Of a stretch of 64,000 bases of DNA, positions 32,301 to 43,848 are shown piece by piece. The stretch spans positions 1,426,001 to 1,490,000 of the forward strand of contig NW_024704765.1 in the NCBI RefSeq assembly GCF_018977255.1. Direction: 5' to 3'. Position 1 is the stretch's first letter. The number at the start of each line of letters is the position of its first letter. Made by a program: the position numbers and the translations under genes. Source of the stretch: Callorhinchus milii. Its lineage: Eukaryota. The notes under the pieces are model-generated. The model worked only from the letters and a program-made list of their open reading frames with translations, was not told the DNA's origin and searched no databases.

Positions 32301-35300
32301 CTCTGAACCTTTCCTCAAAATTCGTCCTCTTCCTCCCCCTGCCTATTAGCCTTGTTGCTCACGCCTTTAATCAACACCACTAGTTAAAAAAGGTGGAAAG
32401 GAAATGATGGGGGACTATAGTTAGTCTCACACCAATGATAGGAAAAATTTTAGAATCATTGATTAAGGATGTGGTAGTGCGGTATTTAGGGCACAATATA
32501 ATTAGTCCAAGTCAACATGGCTTTACAAAAGGGAAGTCATGTTTGACAAATCTCATAGAGTTTTTTGAGGATATTTCCAGTAAACTAGATAAGGGTGAAT
32601 CAGTGGATGTGGTCTATTTGGACTTCCAGAAGGCATTCGATAAGGTGCCGCATAAAAGGTTAGTCCAAAAGATAAGGGCCCATGGAATTGGGGGGAGCAT
32701 ATTAACATGGATTGGGGAATGGTTAACGGGTAGGAAACAAAGAGTAGGGATAAACGGGTCCTTTTCAGATTGGCGGGATGTGACTAGTGGAGTGCCACAA
32801 GGATCAGTCCTTGGGCCTCAGCTATTTACCATCTACATCAACGATCTAGATGAGGACATCGAAGTTAATATATCTAAATTCGCGGATGACACAAAACTAG
32901 GAGGAAGTGTCAACACAGAGGACGACCATAAAAAAATGCAGCATGACATAGACAGGTTAGGTGATTGGGCAGGTGGGTGGCAGATGAAATATAATGTAGG
33001 GAAGTGTGAAGTCATCCACCTCGATAGCAAAAACAGTAGAGCGGGTTTTTTTAGAAGGGGAGAGATTGGAACGTGTTAGCGTCCAGAGGGACTTGGGTTC
33101 CTTGTACACCAATCACAGAAAGTTAGTCTGCAGGTGCAGCAGCAATTAGGAAGGCGAACGGTATGTTAGCATTCATTATGAAAGGATTAGAGTATAAGAG
33201 TAGGGAAGTCTTGCTGCAACTGTATAGGGCCCTGGTGAGACCACACCTGGAATACTGTGTGCAGTTTTGGTCTCCTCATTTAAGGAAGGATGTACTTGCC
33301 TTGGAGGGGGTGCAGCGTAGATTTACTAGGTTAGTACCAGGGATGAAGGGGATGAGTTACGAGGATAGGCTGACCAATTTGGGCCTATATTCTCTAGAAT
33401 ATAGAAGAATTAGAGGGGATCTTATAGAAACCTATAAGATCATCAAAGGGCATGATAGAGTAGATAGTGGGAGATTGTTTCCCCCGGTTGGAGAAACTAA
33501 AACCAGGGGTCACAACCTTAAAATCAGAGGCAGCCCTTTCGCACTGAGTTGAGGAAGAACTTCTTCACTCAAAGGGTAGTGAATGTATGGAACTCACTAC
33601 CCCAAAGGGCTGTTGACGCTCAGTCCTTGAACATATTCAAGACTGAGAGAGATAGATTTCTTATTGCAAAAGGGATTAAGGGATATGCGGATAAGGCAGC
33701 GTCAGGTTATTAGCTGGAGTTAGATTAGAAGATCAGCCATGATTGAATGGCGGGGCAGAGGCTCGAAGAGCCGAATGGCCTACTCCTGCTCCTACATGTT
33801 ATGTTATTTTATTATGTTACCATCAAGCTCCCCCTTCCTCTCTTGCCCCCCCGCCCAGCCTGCCCCACCATTGACAGTCAGGCCTTCACCCTCTCTGCCT
33901 CCACTCTTTGGATCGTCATCCCACATTTGCTTTGCCTCACTCCCCTCCCTTGCCTCCTTCACGGCCCGTCTCAAGACCTTCCTCTTTGGCCCCCTCGTAC
34001 CCCTTACCCTCCCTGCTCTCCAGCCCCTCCTGATCCCATTCAACCCATCGAGTCTGTGCTGGCTCTTTGAGAAGAATAGAAGGGTATCAGAGGAGGGATG
34101 AGGAGGTTGGGAGTTTGTGTAGATTAAACAGCAGCAAAGGTGAGTTGGACCCTTTAGAATCCTGTTTCTGTGCAGCAGCTTTCTATTTAATTCTATATAA
34201 TCCCTGCTCAGCACAGCCATGCTGTGTGAATGGCCCCTATAAGGACTTATTTTCGGCAAGATCAGCTAACTCCGCATGGACTGGAAAATTCAAACTAGGG
34301 TGATTTTCTGTCTCGTGCGCAGTCTAAGTCATAATTGCGTCACGCGATTTAACTTCCCCAAGTTTAAATTTCAGCGTTAGAGGTCACTGAGTGCTTTCTT
34401 CACTGATCGAGGCAAAGCGGTTTGGGAAAGAAATTTTGTGAGGACAGCAGGTGGCGTCTGAAAGCTCAGCCACTGATGGTGGAATGGAGGGAGTGGGAAT
34501 CGAGGGCAGGTCACGCTGGAAAAGGGTACAGACTGGAACAGAGGAGGATTAGAATAGGGGATGTAGAGTGAGAAGGGAGGGATTGGAAACCAGGACAGGT
34601 ATTGTGAAGTGGATTTGGTGAGTGGTTGGAGTTTGGCAAGGACGTGGTCAATGGGCCAGTTCTTTATCGGTTCATCTTCCAGATGTGCGTTTGGGAAGGA
34701 TCTTGAACTGACCAGACTCTCTTCATTTCCAACGTTAGGAAACCAGGTAGAACGAGCGGACCTGAGCCATTCCATACACGTGGACAACTGCATCCTGAAC
34801 TCCGAGGCTCTGGAATGTCGTAAGGAAACGCCGGCTTATACACAGCGGGATTACAGGTACAACAACGGCAAATAGTGAAAGGGAGAGAGAAAGTAATTGC
34901 TTCTTAATCACGTCAGAAAGCGATTTACAAGTGTAGTGACTGTTTTTTGTAGGAAAACAGGACCAGAATTTACCGTGCTCTCTGGAATTCTCTCCCCAAA
35001 TCCCTCTGTGTTCAGAACCCTGTTAAAAGCTTGTTTCCGGACCCTTAACCCCCTCCTCCCCGCCCCACCTCTGTTCCCCTCCAGCCTGCTCAGCACTTCC
35101 CATCATACTGGTCATCTGCTTTCAGACTGTCGTAACGCTATGTACGTGCCCGTTCTATGCCGCTGTGTAACCCCTTTGAGGCGTTTGATGTGATATAAGG
35201 CCTGAAAAAATACAAGTTGCAATCAAACTGTTCACCCAAAATATTGTATTAATTATTTCCCGAGGTGCCAATACAAACCTGACAGTGGACAAGAGTACCA

Positions 35301-37583
35301 CAATAAATTATTTTTTCCCCCCTACAGTGCTATTCTTTACTTCAATAACGATTTTGAAGGCGGAGAATTTATCTTCACTGAACTGGATGCTAAAAGCATT
35401 ACTGTAAGTGGTATGGTTTATTTATTTAGTTCATATAATAGCGCTCTCGTTATGACATTCTAGGTGGGATCCACAGAGTCCCATAGTGTAGTGAGAGGAC
35501 CTGGGTTTGAAACCTTAGGCAAGTTTCCTCGCTCCACATGCCTTTTACATAGTAGGAACCTGATGCTCAGTTGATTGAGGGTAATAATCCCTTCAAAAAA
35601 AATAATAATTTGGTCACTCAATTCATGACTGTTTGTAGGACATTGCTGTACACAATTGGCTGCTGTGTTTCACCCACAAAATATGCAGTCTTTGCAGTAT
35701 ATTCTGTGAAGCGCTTTGAGACGTCTGGACGATGTGATAAGGCGCTGTATGCATTGAAACAATTATTATTATGTTATTACAGTTTAAATCACTGTAGAGG
35801 TAATTTCAATAACATTGCCACGTTACATAAGAATGGATGTCACTTTCCTTAATATATTTGAGCTTCCAAAAATAGCTTTATTATTATTTATTATTATTAA
35901 TTATGATTTATTTTATTATTTATTGATTTATTATCAGGCGCGAGTGAAGCCCGATTGTGGCCGACTGGTCAGCTTTTCCTCGGGCAGTGAAAACCCGCAT
36001 GGTGTGGAGGCGGTGACTAAAGGTCAGCGGTGTGGCCTGGCCATCTGGTTCACTTTGGACCCACGGCAGACAGAGAGGGTAAGAAAGTGGAGCCTTTGTC
36101 GAGTCTGGTGATGGAGCACAGACAAGGGGGAGTGCACGAAGTTCAGCAAAGAAGAGGTTAATGGACATGCGGGAGGGCCAGTTCTTTATCAGTTCAATAG
36201 CAAGGGTCAGGAGGAGACCATTCAGCCCATGAGCCTGCTCCACCAATTTATGAGATCAAGACAGATTTTTTTAATTTAATCACATTTCCCTGTTTCTTTC
36301 TCCACAAGCAATTCCTGTTTCCTTCCCGATTATCTAACCATCTCCCTTTTAAACATCCCAGTTGATAACAACAACAACAACAAGATTCCATTTATAGAAC
36401 GCCTTTCATGTCGGGAGGACGTCCCAAGGCACTGTACTGACCATTTCGCCCCTGCTCGGGGCAGTGTGTTCCCAGCCCAGAATTGTGTGTGTGTGTTTGT
36501 GTGCGTATGTTAGTGTGTGTGTTTTTGTGTGTGTGTGTATGGGGTAAGGGGTGGTTGAGGGTGTAGACCGCAGCCATTATCAAAGAGAGATTTTTAAGAG
36601 AGTTTTGAAGGCGGGGAGAGAAGGAGAGAGGAATTTGGGAGAGATACAGAGAGTGGGGTCTCTGTGGATAGAGGCCTCTGATTCAAGCAAGGAAGAGGTG
36701 ACAAGCGAACAGCAGAACAAGCAGAGGGTCCAGGAGGGAGGAGTAGAACTGGAGCAGGTAGCTCAGAGGGAGCGAAACATTGAGGTCAGGAGTAGGAGAA
36801 AGTACCTGTCAAACTTCTCATGCAGGGATGAGGGACTATAATTATGTGGGGAAACTAGAGAGGCTGGGATTATTCTCCTTAGAGCAGAGAATGTTGAAGG
36901 GTGATTTAATAGAGGTATTTAAATTATGAGGGGCTTTGATAAGAATAGATAGGCAGAAATTGGCAGGTGGGTCGGTAATCAGAGGACACAGATTTAAGAT
37001 AATTGGCAAAAGAACCAGAAAGGGAGACGAGCAGAATTTTTTTACCCAGAGACTTGTTACGGTCTGGAACGCACTGCGTGAAAACAGATGCGATAATAGC
37101 TTTCAAAAGGGAATTAGATAGGTAATTAACAAAGAAGAATTTGCATGTCTATGAGGTAAGAGCAAGGGCTGGGAGTGGGATTAGTTGGTAGCTATTTCAA
37201 AGAGCTGGGCACAGGCACGGTGGGCTGAATGGCCTCCGTCTGTGCTGTAAAATTCTATGATTCTCACTTGTATTCGGCGTTTCCCACAGGACAGGTTTGA
37301 GGCTGATGAACTTGTAAAGATGCTCTTTGACCTGGATGTTGACCAGGTGGCAGCCAAAGCACCGGCTGTGGGTGAGAAGACCCTGGGACCCTCGGAGGGA
37401 GGCCCGCAGAGCCAGGGAGGGGCTAACACACAGACACCGGCTGGAGGTCAAGCAACAGAAATGGCAGGCGAACCTGGGGCAGCCCCCTCCAACAAGACAC
37501 CGACTCGTGACACAGAGAACCAAGGCCCAAAAGCCCCTGCAGACGTCCCCCTGAACTCAGCTTCAACAAAGCAGGAGTTGTAA
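17381..37583 (+). CDS. P3H1: Prolyl 3-hydroxylase 1 (leprecan), 15 coding exons: 17381-17830, 20917-21069, 21940-22129, 24218-24349, 25196-25335, 26619-26708, 27375-27427, 29197-29318, 29970-30097, 30806-30901, 31992-32142, 34739-34856, 35328-35403, 35938-36078, 37290-37583 (~777 aa)
   Basis: Signal peptide MAQPLLLLAAALLALALTLSWA, four CxxxC motifs (CRLQC, CLRAC, CRALC, CRQNC), PYNYLQVAYFK, the 2OG-Fe(II) dioxygenase residues H-V-D (exon 12) and ENPHGV/QRC (exon 14), and the C-terminal ER-retrieval signal KQEL. All introns are GT-AG and the frame is continuous (2334 nt). Internal exon sizes (153,190,132,140,90,53,122,128,96,151,118,76,141) equal those recalled for human P3H1. It is syntenic with C1orf50 and CLDN19. 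Confidence 0.96.
19985..20350 (+). mobile_element. Older diverged DeuSINE (AmnSINE1/SacSINE1-like)
   Basis: GGTTGTGGGTTCAAA B box and body TGTTCAGGTTGACGTTAAAGATCCCA...AAAAGAGAAGGG. Related copies at ~1500-1720, 6850-7130, 21585-21830, 46915-47170, 54760-54960 and 59895-60100. Confidence 0.65.
21085..21490 (-). mobile_element. L2 LINE 3' end fragment
   Basis: Encodes IGGCAFSHYAPKFWNSVPQSL...KAFLF followed by the L2 3' tail. Confidence 0.75.
22600..23402 (+). mobile_element. CR1 LINE 3' fragment interrupted by a minus-strand SINE fragment (~23040-23215)
   Basis: Encodes LLQLYRALVRPHLE and ends in the CR1 3'UTR ...GTTCTATGTT, with a nested SINE core. Confidence 0.8.
26271..26596 (+). mobile_element. 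Full-length young tRNA-derived SINE
   Basis: Intact A and B boxes, core and long (ATT)n tail ending 22 nt before P3H1 exon 6. Confidence 0.9.
27484..27677. repeat. Inverted-repeat element, Penelope pLTR-like
   Basis: Arms ~27505-27579 and ~27600-27677 are near-complementary. A second copy lies at ~41085-41405. Confidence 0.7.
30205..30542 (+). mobile_element. CR1 LINE 3' fragment
   Basis: Encodes GFDEVDREKLFPL...TRGHRFKI...WKSLPE followed by the CR1 3'UTR ending ATTCTATG. Confidence 0.8.
32435..33800 (+). mobile_element. CR1 LINE, 5'-truncated, RT domain to 3'UTR (frameshifted)
   Basis: [49 protein letters not shown] and LYRALVRPHLEYCVQFWSP. Split into ORFs 32435-33079 and 33163-33552, in P3H1 intron 11. 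Confidence 0.95.
36820..37262 (+). mobile_element. CR1 LINE 3' fragment
   Basis: Encodes RGHRFKI...NFFTQRLVTVWNAL. The tail ATTCTATGATTC ends just before the P3H1 exon 15 acceptor. Confidence 0.8.
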
Positions 37584-38049
37584 TGTAGTTGCTCATGTCC
37601 TTTTTGTCATTCACTGTTAGTCGGAAGAGGTACTGATTCTGTCCTAAAATTCTGGTCCAATTTCCTCCCCTCCCCCTCCCCATCATCCTCTCTCTGCCAC
37701 CCCCCCCCCACCTCCACCCCCACCCCTCCCCACCCCCCACCCCCACCCCCCCCGTCCTTCTCCAGTCTCTGCTTCCAAATGGCAACAATGACGGATTTCT
37801 AACTCAAATGTAGTGACATCAAACACACACCCCCCTCCATCGTCATAGCAACAAAAGATTGCGCAACCTGACAGAGGTGCTCCCCCTCCCCCCCCCCCCC
37901 CCCGGTGAGCCCTCACCCCATCCTCCGTATCTGTACAACTGAGACTAGAGTTCAGTTCACTCCGGAGTGAAGTGCATTCTGGGACTATGATGCCCACTTA
38001 GCCTGAGACCCACAAACTGCCTCACCAGTCGCATGGGCAGAGCAAGGCC

Positions 38050-38465
38050 TGAGCCCCCCCCAGAGCCCACCCCCCTCCAGAGCCCACCCCCCCCAGAGCC
38101 CACCCCCCAGAGCCCACCCCCCCCAGAGCCCACCCCCCCAGAGCCCACCCCCCCCAGAGCCCACCCCCCTCCAGAGCCCACCCCCCACAGAGCCCACCCC
38201 CCACAGAGCCCCACCCCCACAGAGCCCAGCCCCCACAGAGCCCACCCCCCCAGAGCCCACCCCCCCAGAGCTCGCGCCCCCCAGAGCCCGCGCCCCCCAG
38301 AGCCCACCCCCCCAGAGCCCGCGCCCCCCAGAGCCCGCGCCCCCCCAGAGCCCATGTCCCACCAGAGCCCACCCCGCCCCCAGAACCCACCCCCCCCAGA
38401 GCCCACCCCCCAGAGCTTCCCCGCCAAGAGCCCACCACCCAGGGTCCACCGCCCAGACCCCCACA
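38050..38465. repeat. C-rich minisatellite (15-17 bp unit CAGAGCCCACCCCCCC)
   Basis: Directly visible tandem array downstream of the P3H1 stop. Confidence 0.95.
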
Positions 38466-39914
38466 AACCACTGATGCCTTGTGCCATCTTCAATCCCATC
38501 CGTGCCGAGGAGCAATGGATGAGATGAGCTGCAGCCCTCCGAGTGCTGGAGATGCAACAAAGCCCCCGGCACTACCTATTTGGCCACTAGGTGGGGCTCA
38601 CAAGACTGCAGGAGTGAAAAGTGTGATGTTAACCTGACCGCGGCCCCCAAATTCCACTTAATCTTAGTCTTTAAACTCTTAAAAACTTCTGCTGAGCAAT
38701 GGAAAATTCTTATTTTGAAAAAAAATTCAATTTCTCGATTTGGTTTCTTTTTAAGAACTTCGGAGAAACGCTCCTTCCAATTTAACACTCGATTAAGAAT
38801 TTTTCACAAATCACCAGGCTAAGATTGGGCAGAATTTTGTGGCCTTCTATGTGTTCTAGATGGTGCAGTTGTTTATGTGGACTACAGACGGATGAGAGTT
38901 CCCTCCATCTCCCCAAATGCAATGGTTTGCTTTGAAAGCTTCCCCCTCAAAACATTTCTCCACCCTCTTGGATTGCTACCCAACAGGCTCTGATTCCGCT
39001 TCCTGACCCCTTCCAATAATCTCCCCGCGCGGCCCCCCTCCTAATCCAGGTACCAACAACAACAACAACAACAAGATTCCATTTATAGAGCGCCTTTCAC
39101 GTCAGGAGGACGTCCCAAGGCGCTGCACAGTTGGGTCATGACCCGAGCAGGGGGGAAATGGTCAGGGGAGGGGAGGGAAGGGAGGGAGCAAGGAGGGGGA
39201 AATGGTCAGGGTGAGGGGAGGGAAGGGAGGGAGAGAGGAGGGGGGGAATGGTCAGGGTGAGGGGAGGGAAGGGAGGGAGCGAGGAGGAGGAAGAGAGTCG
39301 AGAGGGGAGCTGAAGGCACGGTTTACCAGTTTAACCACGGGTACCAGTTTAAATGCTGGTGTTTCTGGTTTACGACCGGGAAGCAGCACTTAACCAGCCA
39401 GCTGCTGGGATGCAGGTTCAGCTAATAATAATAATAATCCTTGCATTTGATATAGCGCCTTGTCACGTCATTGAGACGTCTCAAAGCACTTCGCAGAATG
39501 GGAAAGAGTGAGAATATTCAGGACCCGCCATTGTCGCCTCCAAACCTTGGGATAGTTAAAGATAAATTTGCAGCACAATCTTCTACTGGTTGGACGGGGT
39601 TCATTAAAGAACAGAACGGTTATGTCTTGGAATCCCATAATGGCCTCCCCCCCCCCCCCCACCTTTATTTTAATAATCATCTTGCTCTGTGTTCTCTGGA
39701 GTCTGCAGGTCGTGATCTCGCAGCAAATGATTAGGTTTATTTTTAACTCCTCACTGTCCAGAGGCTGAGACATCACTGAGATGTCAGGAAGAGAGAGAGG
39801 CCTTTCTGCCCTAGAGCTTGGCTCTGCATTTATTACAATCTCATTGGAACTTCTCACCCAACTGCACCCCCTGAGTGTGCAGTGAAGATTGCTCTTGTAT
39901 TTTGTTGCTTATTC

Positions 39915-40281
39915 TGGAGTCCTGTAGCTCTGGGTTCAATTCCCGTGGCAAGGCAAAATATTGGGCAAGTTTTCTTACACCACACGCCTCTGTTTACCCA
40001 GCAGTAAATAGGAACCCAGTTGTAGTCGATTGGTGGATTGCTTTTTCGGGGGTAATAATTCGTTCAAACAAAATAATTAAATTGGTCACTGCAATCCACA
40101 GTTGTTTGTGGGGACGCTGCTGTTGTACAATTGGCTGCCGCACTTCGCCCACAAAATATACAGTCAATTCACTTTACAGTATATCCTGTGAAGCGCATTG
40201 AGACGTTTAAAAGCCGTGATAAGGCGCTATATCAAATGTAATCATGTTGTTGTTGTATCAAATGCAAGGATTATTATTATT
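39915..40281 (+). mobile_element. tRNA-derived SINE (head partly deleted)
   Basis: Same family. A second, head-truncated copy follows at ~40520-40879. Confidence 0.8.
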
Positions 40282-41084
40282 GTGACGGCTGTCCCAGACT
40301 TTGGTTTCCATGCTGCGATAAAGAAGGCAGACGATGGGGTGATGGGCTATATTCCTAGATCCATTGAGTCCACATCTTCCAAAGGACATGCTTACACGCT
40401 ACACTGCTCTGATCAGACCACACATGGATCACACATAAGGTTCTGGTCACCGGATGTTCAGGCTCTAGAGACAATGCAGAGGAGAGGAACAAGAATAATC
40501 CCCAGGGTCTGAGTTATGACCCATGGGTTCAATACCCCCGCAGGGTGAAACATTGGGCAAGTTTCCTTACTCCACACAACTCTGTTTACCCAGCAGTAAA
40601 TAGGAACCTGATTGTTAGTCGATTGGCGGATCGCTTTCCAAGATTCCAGTATTTCCAATTGAAATATCAATTTCCTATAATTCCTTCAAATAAATAATAA
40701 TAATAAATTGGTCACACAATTCACGACTGTTTGTAGGACACTGTTGTGCGCAATTGGCTATCGTATTTCACCTCCAAAATGTACAGTCAATTCGCTTTAC
40801 AGTACATTCTTTTAACCACTTTGATAACGTCTCGAAGATGTGATAAGGCGCAATATCTAATGCCAGGATTATTATTATAAGAGCCCTTGAAATAAGACGT
40901 TGCAGAGGAGGGCCTTACAGATGTGGATAAGATGCCAAACAGAGATTGAGGAAGTACATCTAAAATAATACTTTCAGATACACTGAGAGACAGCAGCGCA
41001 AGAGAGCGCAGGGTCAGTCGGGTGTGAAGGGAGATTTAAGGCCAGACACCAGGACGTATTTTAAATAAAAGTCTAAATATTCCA

Positions 41085-41405
41085 GGTGCTGGAAATCTGA
41101 AATAAAAACAGAAGTCACTGGGAACACTCAGCAGGTCAGGCAGCATCTAAGGAGAGAAGAAAATGAATTAACATTTCAGGTGTTACCTTGTGTTACGGGA
41201 AAATTAATTAACATTTCAGGTGTTACCTTGTGTTACGGGAATAAAAACAGAAGTTGCTGGGAACACTCAGCAGGTCAGGCAGCATCGATGGAGAGAAGCA
41301 ATTTGAAATGTAAAATCTAGCAACCTTTGGTCATTGACCTGAAATGTTAACTCACTTTCCTCTCTCCATAGATGCTGCTGAGCTTTCCCAGCGACTTCTG
41401 TTTTC
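41085..41405. repeat. Penelope pLTR-like repeat with an internal ~40 bp tandem duplication
   Basis: GCTGGAAATCTGAAATAAAAACAGAAG..CTGGGAACACTCAGCAGGTCAGGCAGCATC occurs twice plus an inverted arm; AATTAACATTTCAGGTGTTACCTTGTGTTACGGGA is duplicated. Confidence 0.65.
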
Positions 41406-43675
41406 ATACCGGGAAGTATATTATTTTTTCATATAATGTAATAGCAGCTGGAATGGGGTTAGAGGAAGGGTATTGCAATCCAGGACCCGGGGCTATTCTA
41501 AGAAATGGCTCCGTATTGCAATGTGCAGATGGTCAGGTGGGGATAAGGTCAAGTAAGCCGAAGGGATTCTTTCAACTGAAGCTGTCTTGCAATGATGTGT
41601 AGCGCTGATGTTTCTGTGGTGAATGGCTGTGGAGTTTTATTCACAAATAAACAATGTTTTTTTCCAGGATAACTATAATTTTGTGTTTGAACTCTACAGT
41701 GTCTATTAATTCTTTGTTGCTCTGAAACTTGCATCAGTTGACTTTACTCAGCAAATTTTCTCTTGGTGTAAGAGGTCTCATGCGAAGGACAGCACCTCCG
41801 ACAAAGCACTGGATTGGAATGTTAGCCTGATCTATGAGTTTCACATCTTGACATAAGAGAAGGTTGAACCCACATCCCTTTGACTCAGAGGTAAGAGTGT
41901 TACTGACTGCGCCAGACTGACATCTGTCTCTTTGAGGATCCCTGTGGTCATCACCCTCAAACACGTCTCCTTTCTTGCTCCTCCCTACCTACTAAAAATG
42001 CACCACCCTGTCCGCTCTCCGCTCAGAGGGCACTGGCCTGCTCCACGTCCCCCACCCTGCCCTCTCCACCATCGTCGATTGGGCGTTCGGTCTTTTTGCC
42101 CCCCACCCTCTGGAACTCCATTCCCGAACCACTCCGCCTCAGCCACTCCCTTCCTTTGCCTCCTTCAAAGCCCATCTCAAGACCCTCATCTTCGACCGCG
42201 CCTTCGGTCATCTTGCCACCCCCCGCCATTCTTGCTCGCCACCCCTCTTGATTCCAGCTCCCAGCTCGTGTGCAAACCCTTCCCTGTCAGGTGCCTGCCT
42301 TGATTCCCTCTGAGAATCAAAGGCTCTGCAATGCAACTTGTTGTTGTTGTGATTCCTATCCTCTTCCTGAAGCACTCAACCACCTTGAGAACACATATTT
42401 ACTTCACAGTATATCCCAGGAAGTCCTACTGACCTTGAAAGGCACTGAATCAAATTAATTACATTTGGGTAATTAATTTGATTAAATTAATCAAATGATT
42501 ATTATTATTAATTTAAGGGGTTCTTGGGAATTTGAGTGTTTTTATTCTGACATTGAGCACATGGGGCAGCAGGGAGTTGGTTGACAATATAGTACATTCA
42601 GTCATAATACAATAATCCTCGCATTTGAGATGGCACCTTATCACGTCGTTTAGACATCTCAAAAACCTTACCTGTCAGGGCTTTGGCTTGCAGGGTTAAC
42701 AGGAGTGAATGGGGAGGGGGAGACAATCACTGTTTAACCCTAATGGTTCCCACACCTGCCCACAGGGGACGCATCTCTGTGTAGCCTCCAGAGTGGGGTT
42801 CCTGACAGATTTCCCCTTCTCCTCCTCGATCCACAGATGCTCTAAGACCGAGTGTAGTCCTGACCCCTGCCCAGACACTGCTCTCAGCTGGGCCAGGGGT
42901 CACTGAGCTGTGACTCTCAATGTTCCTTTTGAGGCCTCACCGAAAGTCAGAGTATCAAGGGATGTGGGGCAAGGGTGGGTAATTGGAGTTGAGGTACAGA
43001 TCAGCCATGATTTTATAGAATGGCAGAACAGGCTCGAGGAGCTGAATGACCTCCTCCTGCTCTTCTGTTTCTATTTTCTTTCCTGCCCAGTAAAAGTTGG
43101 AATTGTTTGAGAGCTGGTTATTAGGGAAGGAGAGGAGATGGGGGTGGGGTGAAGGCTGAGGGGAGAGGTGGGGGGGAATGGGAGGCCGGCCATGGCTGAT
43201 CGCCATGGGAACGGCTCAGCATGTACCTGCCTTGATAAGGATTGCCTTTCGCTCAGCGGCTGAAAGGCTGGTGTCCCGGCTCCTCACCCACCTCGCACTC
43301 CGAGTGTTGGACATCATGGGAGGACGTGAGCAAGAGGAGAGGGGGAGGGGACAGGGGGAGACTGTGACTGATGTTCGCAACAAAGGAGATGGAGTCCACT
43401 TCACCCACCAGGTGACAGCTGCTGGCGACACAGGCAGAAAAATAACAATTTCCGCACTATACACTGGACATCCAATGGCACAGAGAATTGCGATCAAATA
43501 CAATGACTTTGTTGGCAAAAGCAGCAGTCAATTTGCATGCAGCAAGGTCCCACAAAGAGCATTGAAGTGATTGAGTGATTTTCCTTGAAGATTGTCAGCT
43601 AGCACACTGGGAAAGACTTGGGGGGGGGGGGGGGGAAGCTATCCTGAGTTTGATGGTTGTTAGATTATGGTTGTT

Positions 43676-43848
43676 GTGGAGTCTGTAGCTCAGTGGTTAG
43701 AGCACTTGCCTTGCATGTGAGAGGACCTGAGTTGGATTCCCAGGCAGGGCGTAACGTTGGGCAAGTTTCTTTGCTCCACACACACATCTCTGTTTACCCA
43801 GCAGTAAGTAGGAACCTAGTTGTTAGTCGATTGGCGGATCGCTTTTCC
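43676..43848 (+). mobile_element. tRNA-derived SINE, 5' half
   Basis: A and B boxes and GGGCAAGTTTC..ACTCCACAC body. Confidence 0.8.

Noticed and set aside
32435-33552. Reverse transcriptase ORFs as a host gene or active element
   Set aside because: A 5'-truncated, frameshifted CR1 copy in an intron, lacking the endonuclease and ORF1.
37957-38572. Gly- or Pro-rich ORFs downstream of P3H1
   Set aside because: Translations of the CAGAGCCCACCCC minisatellite.
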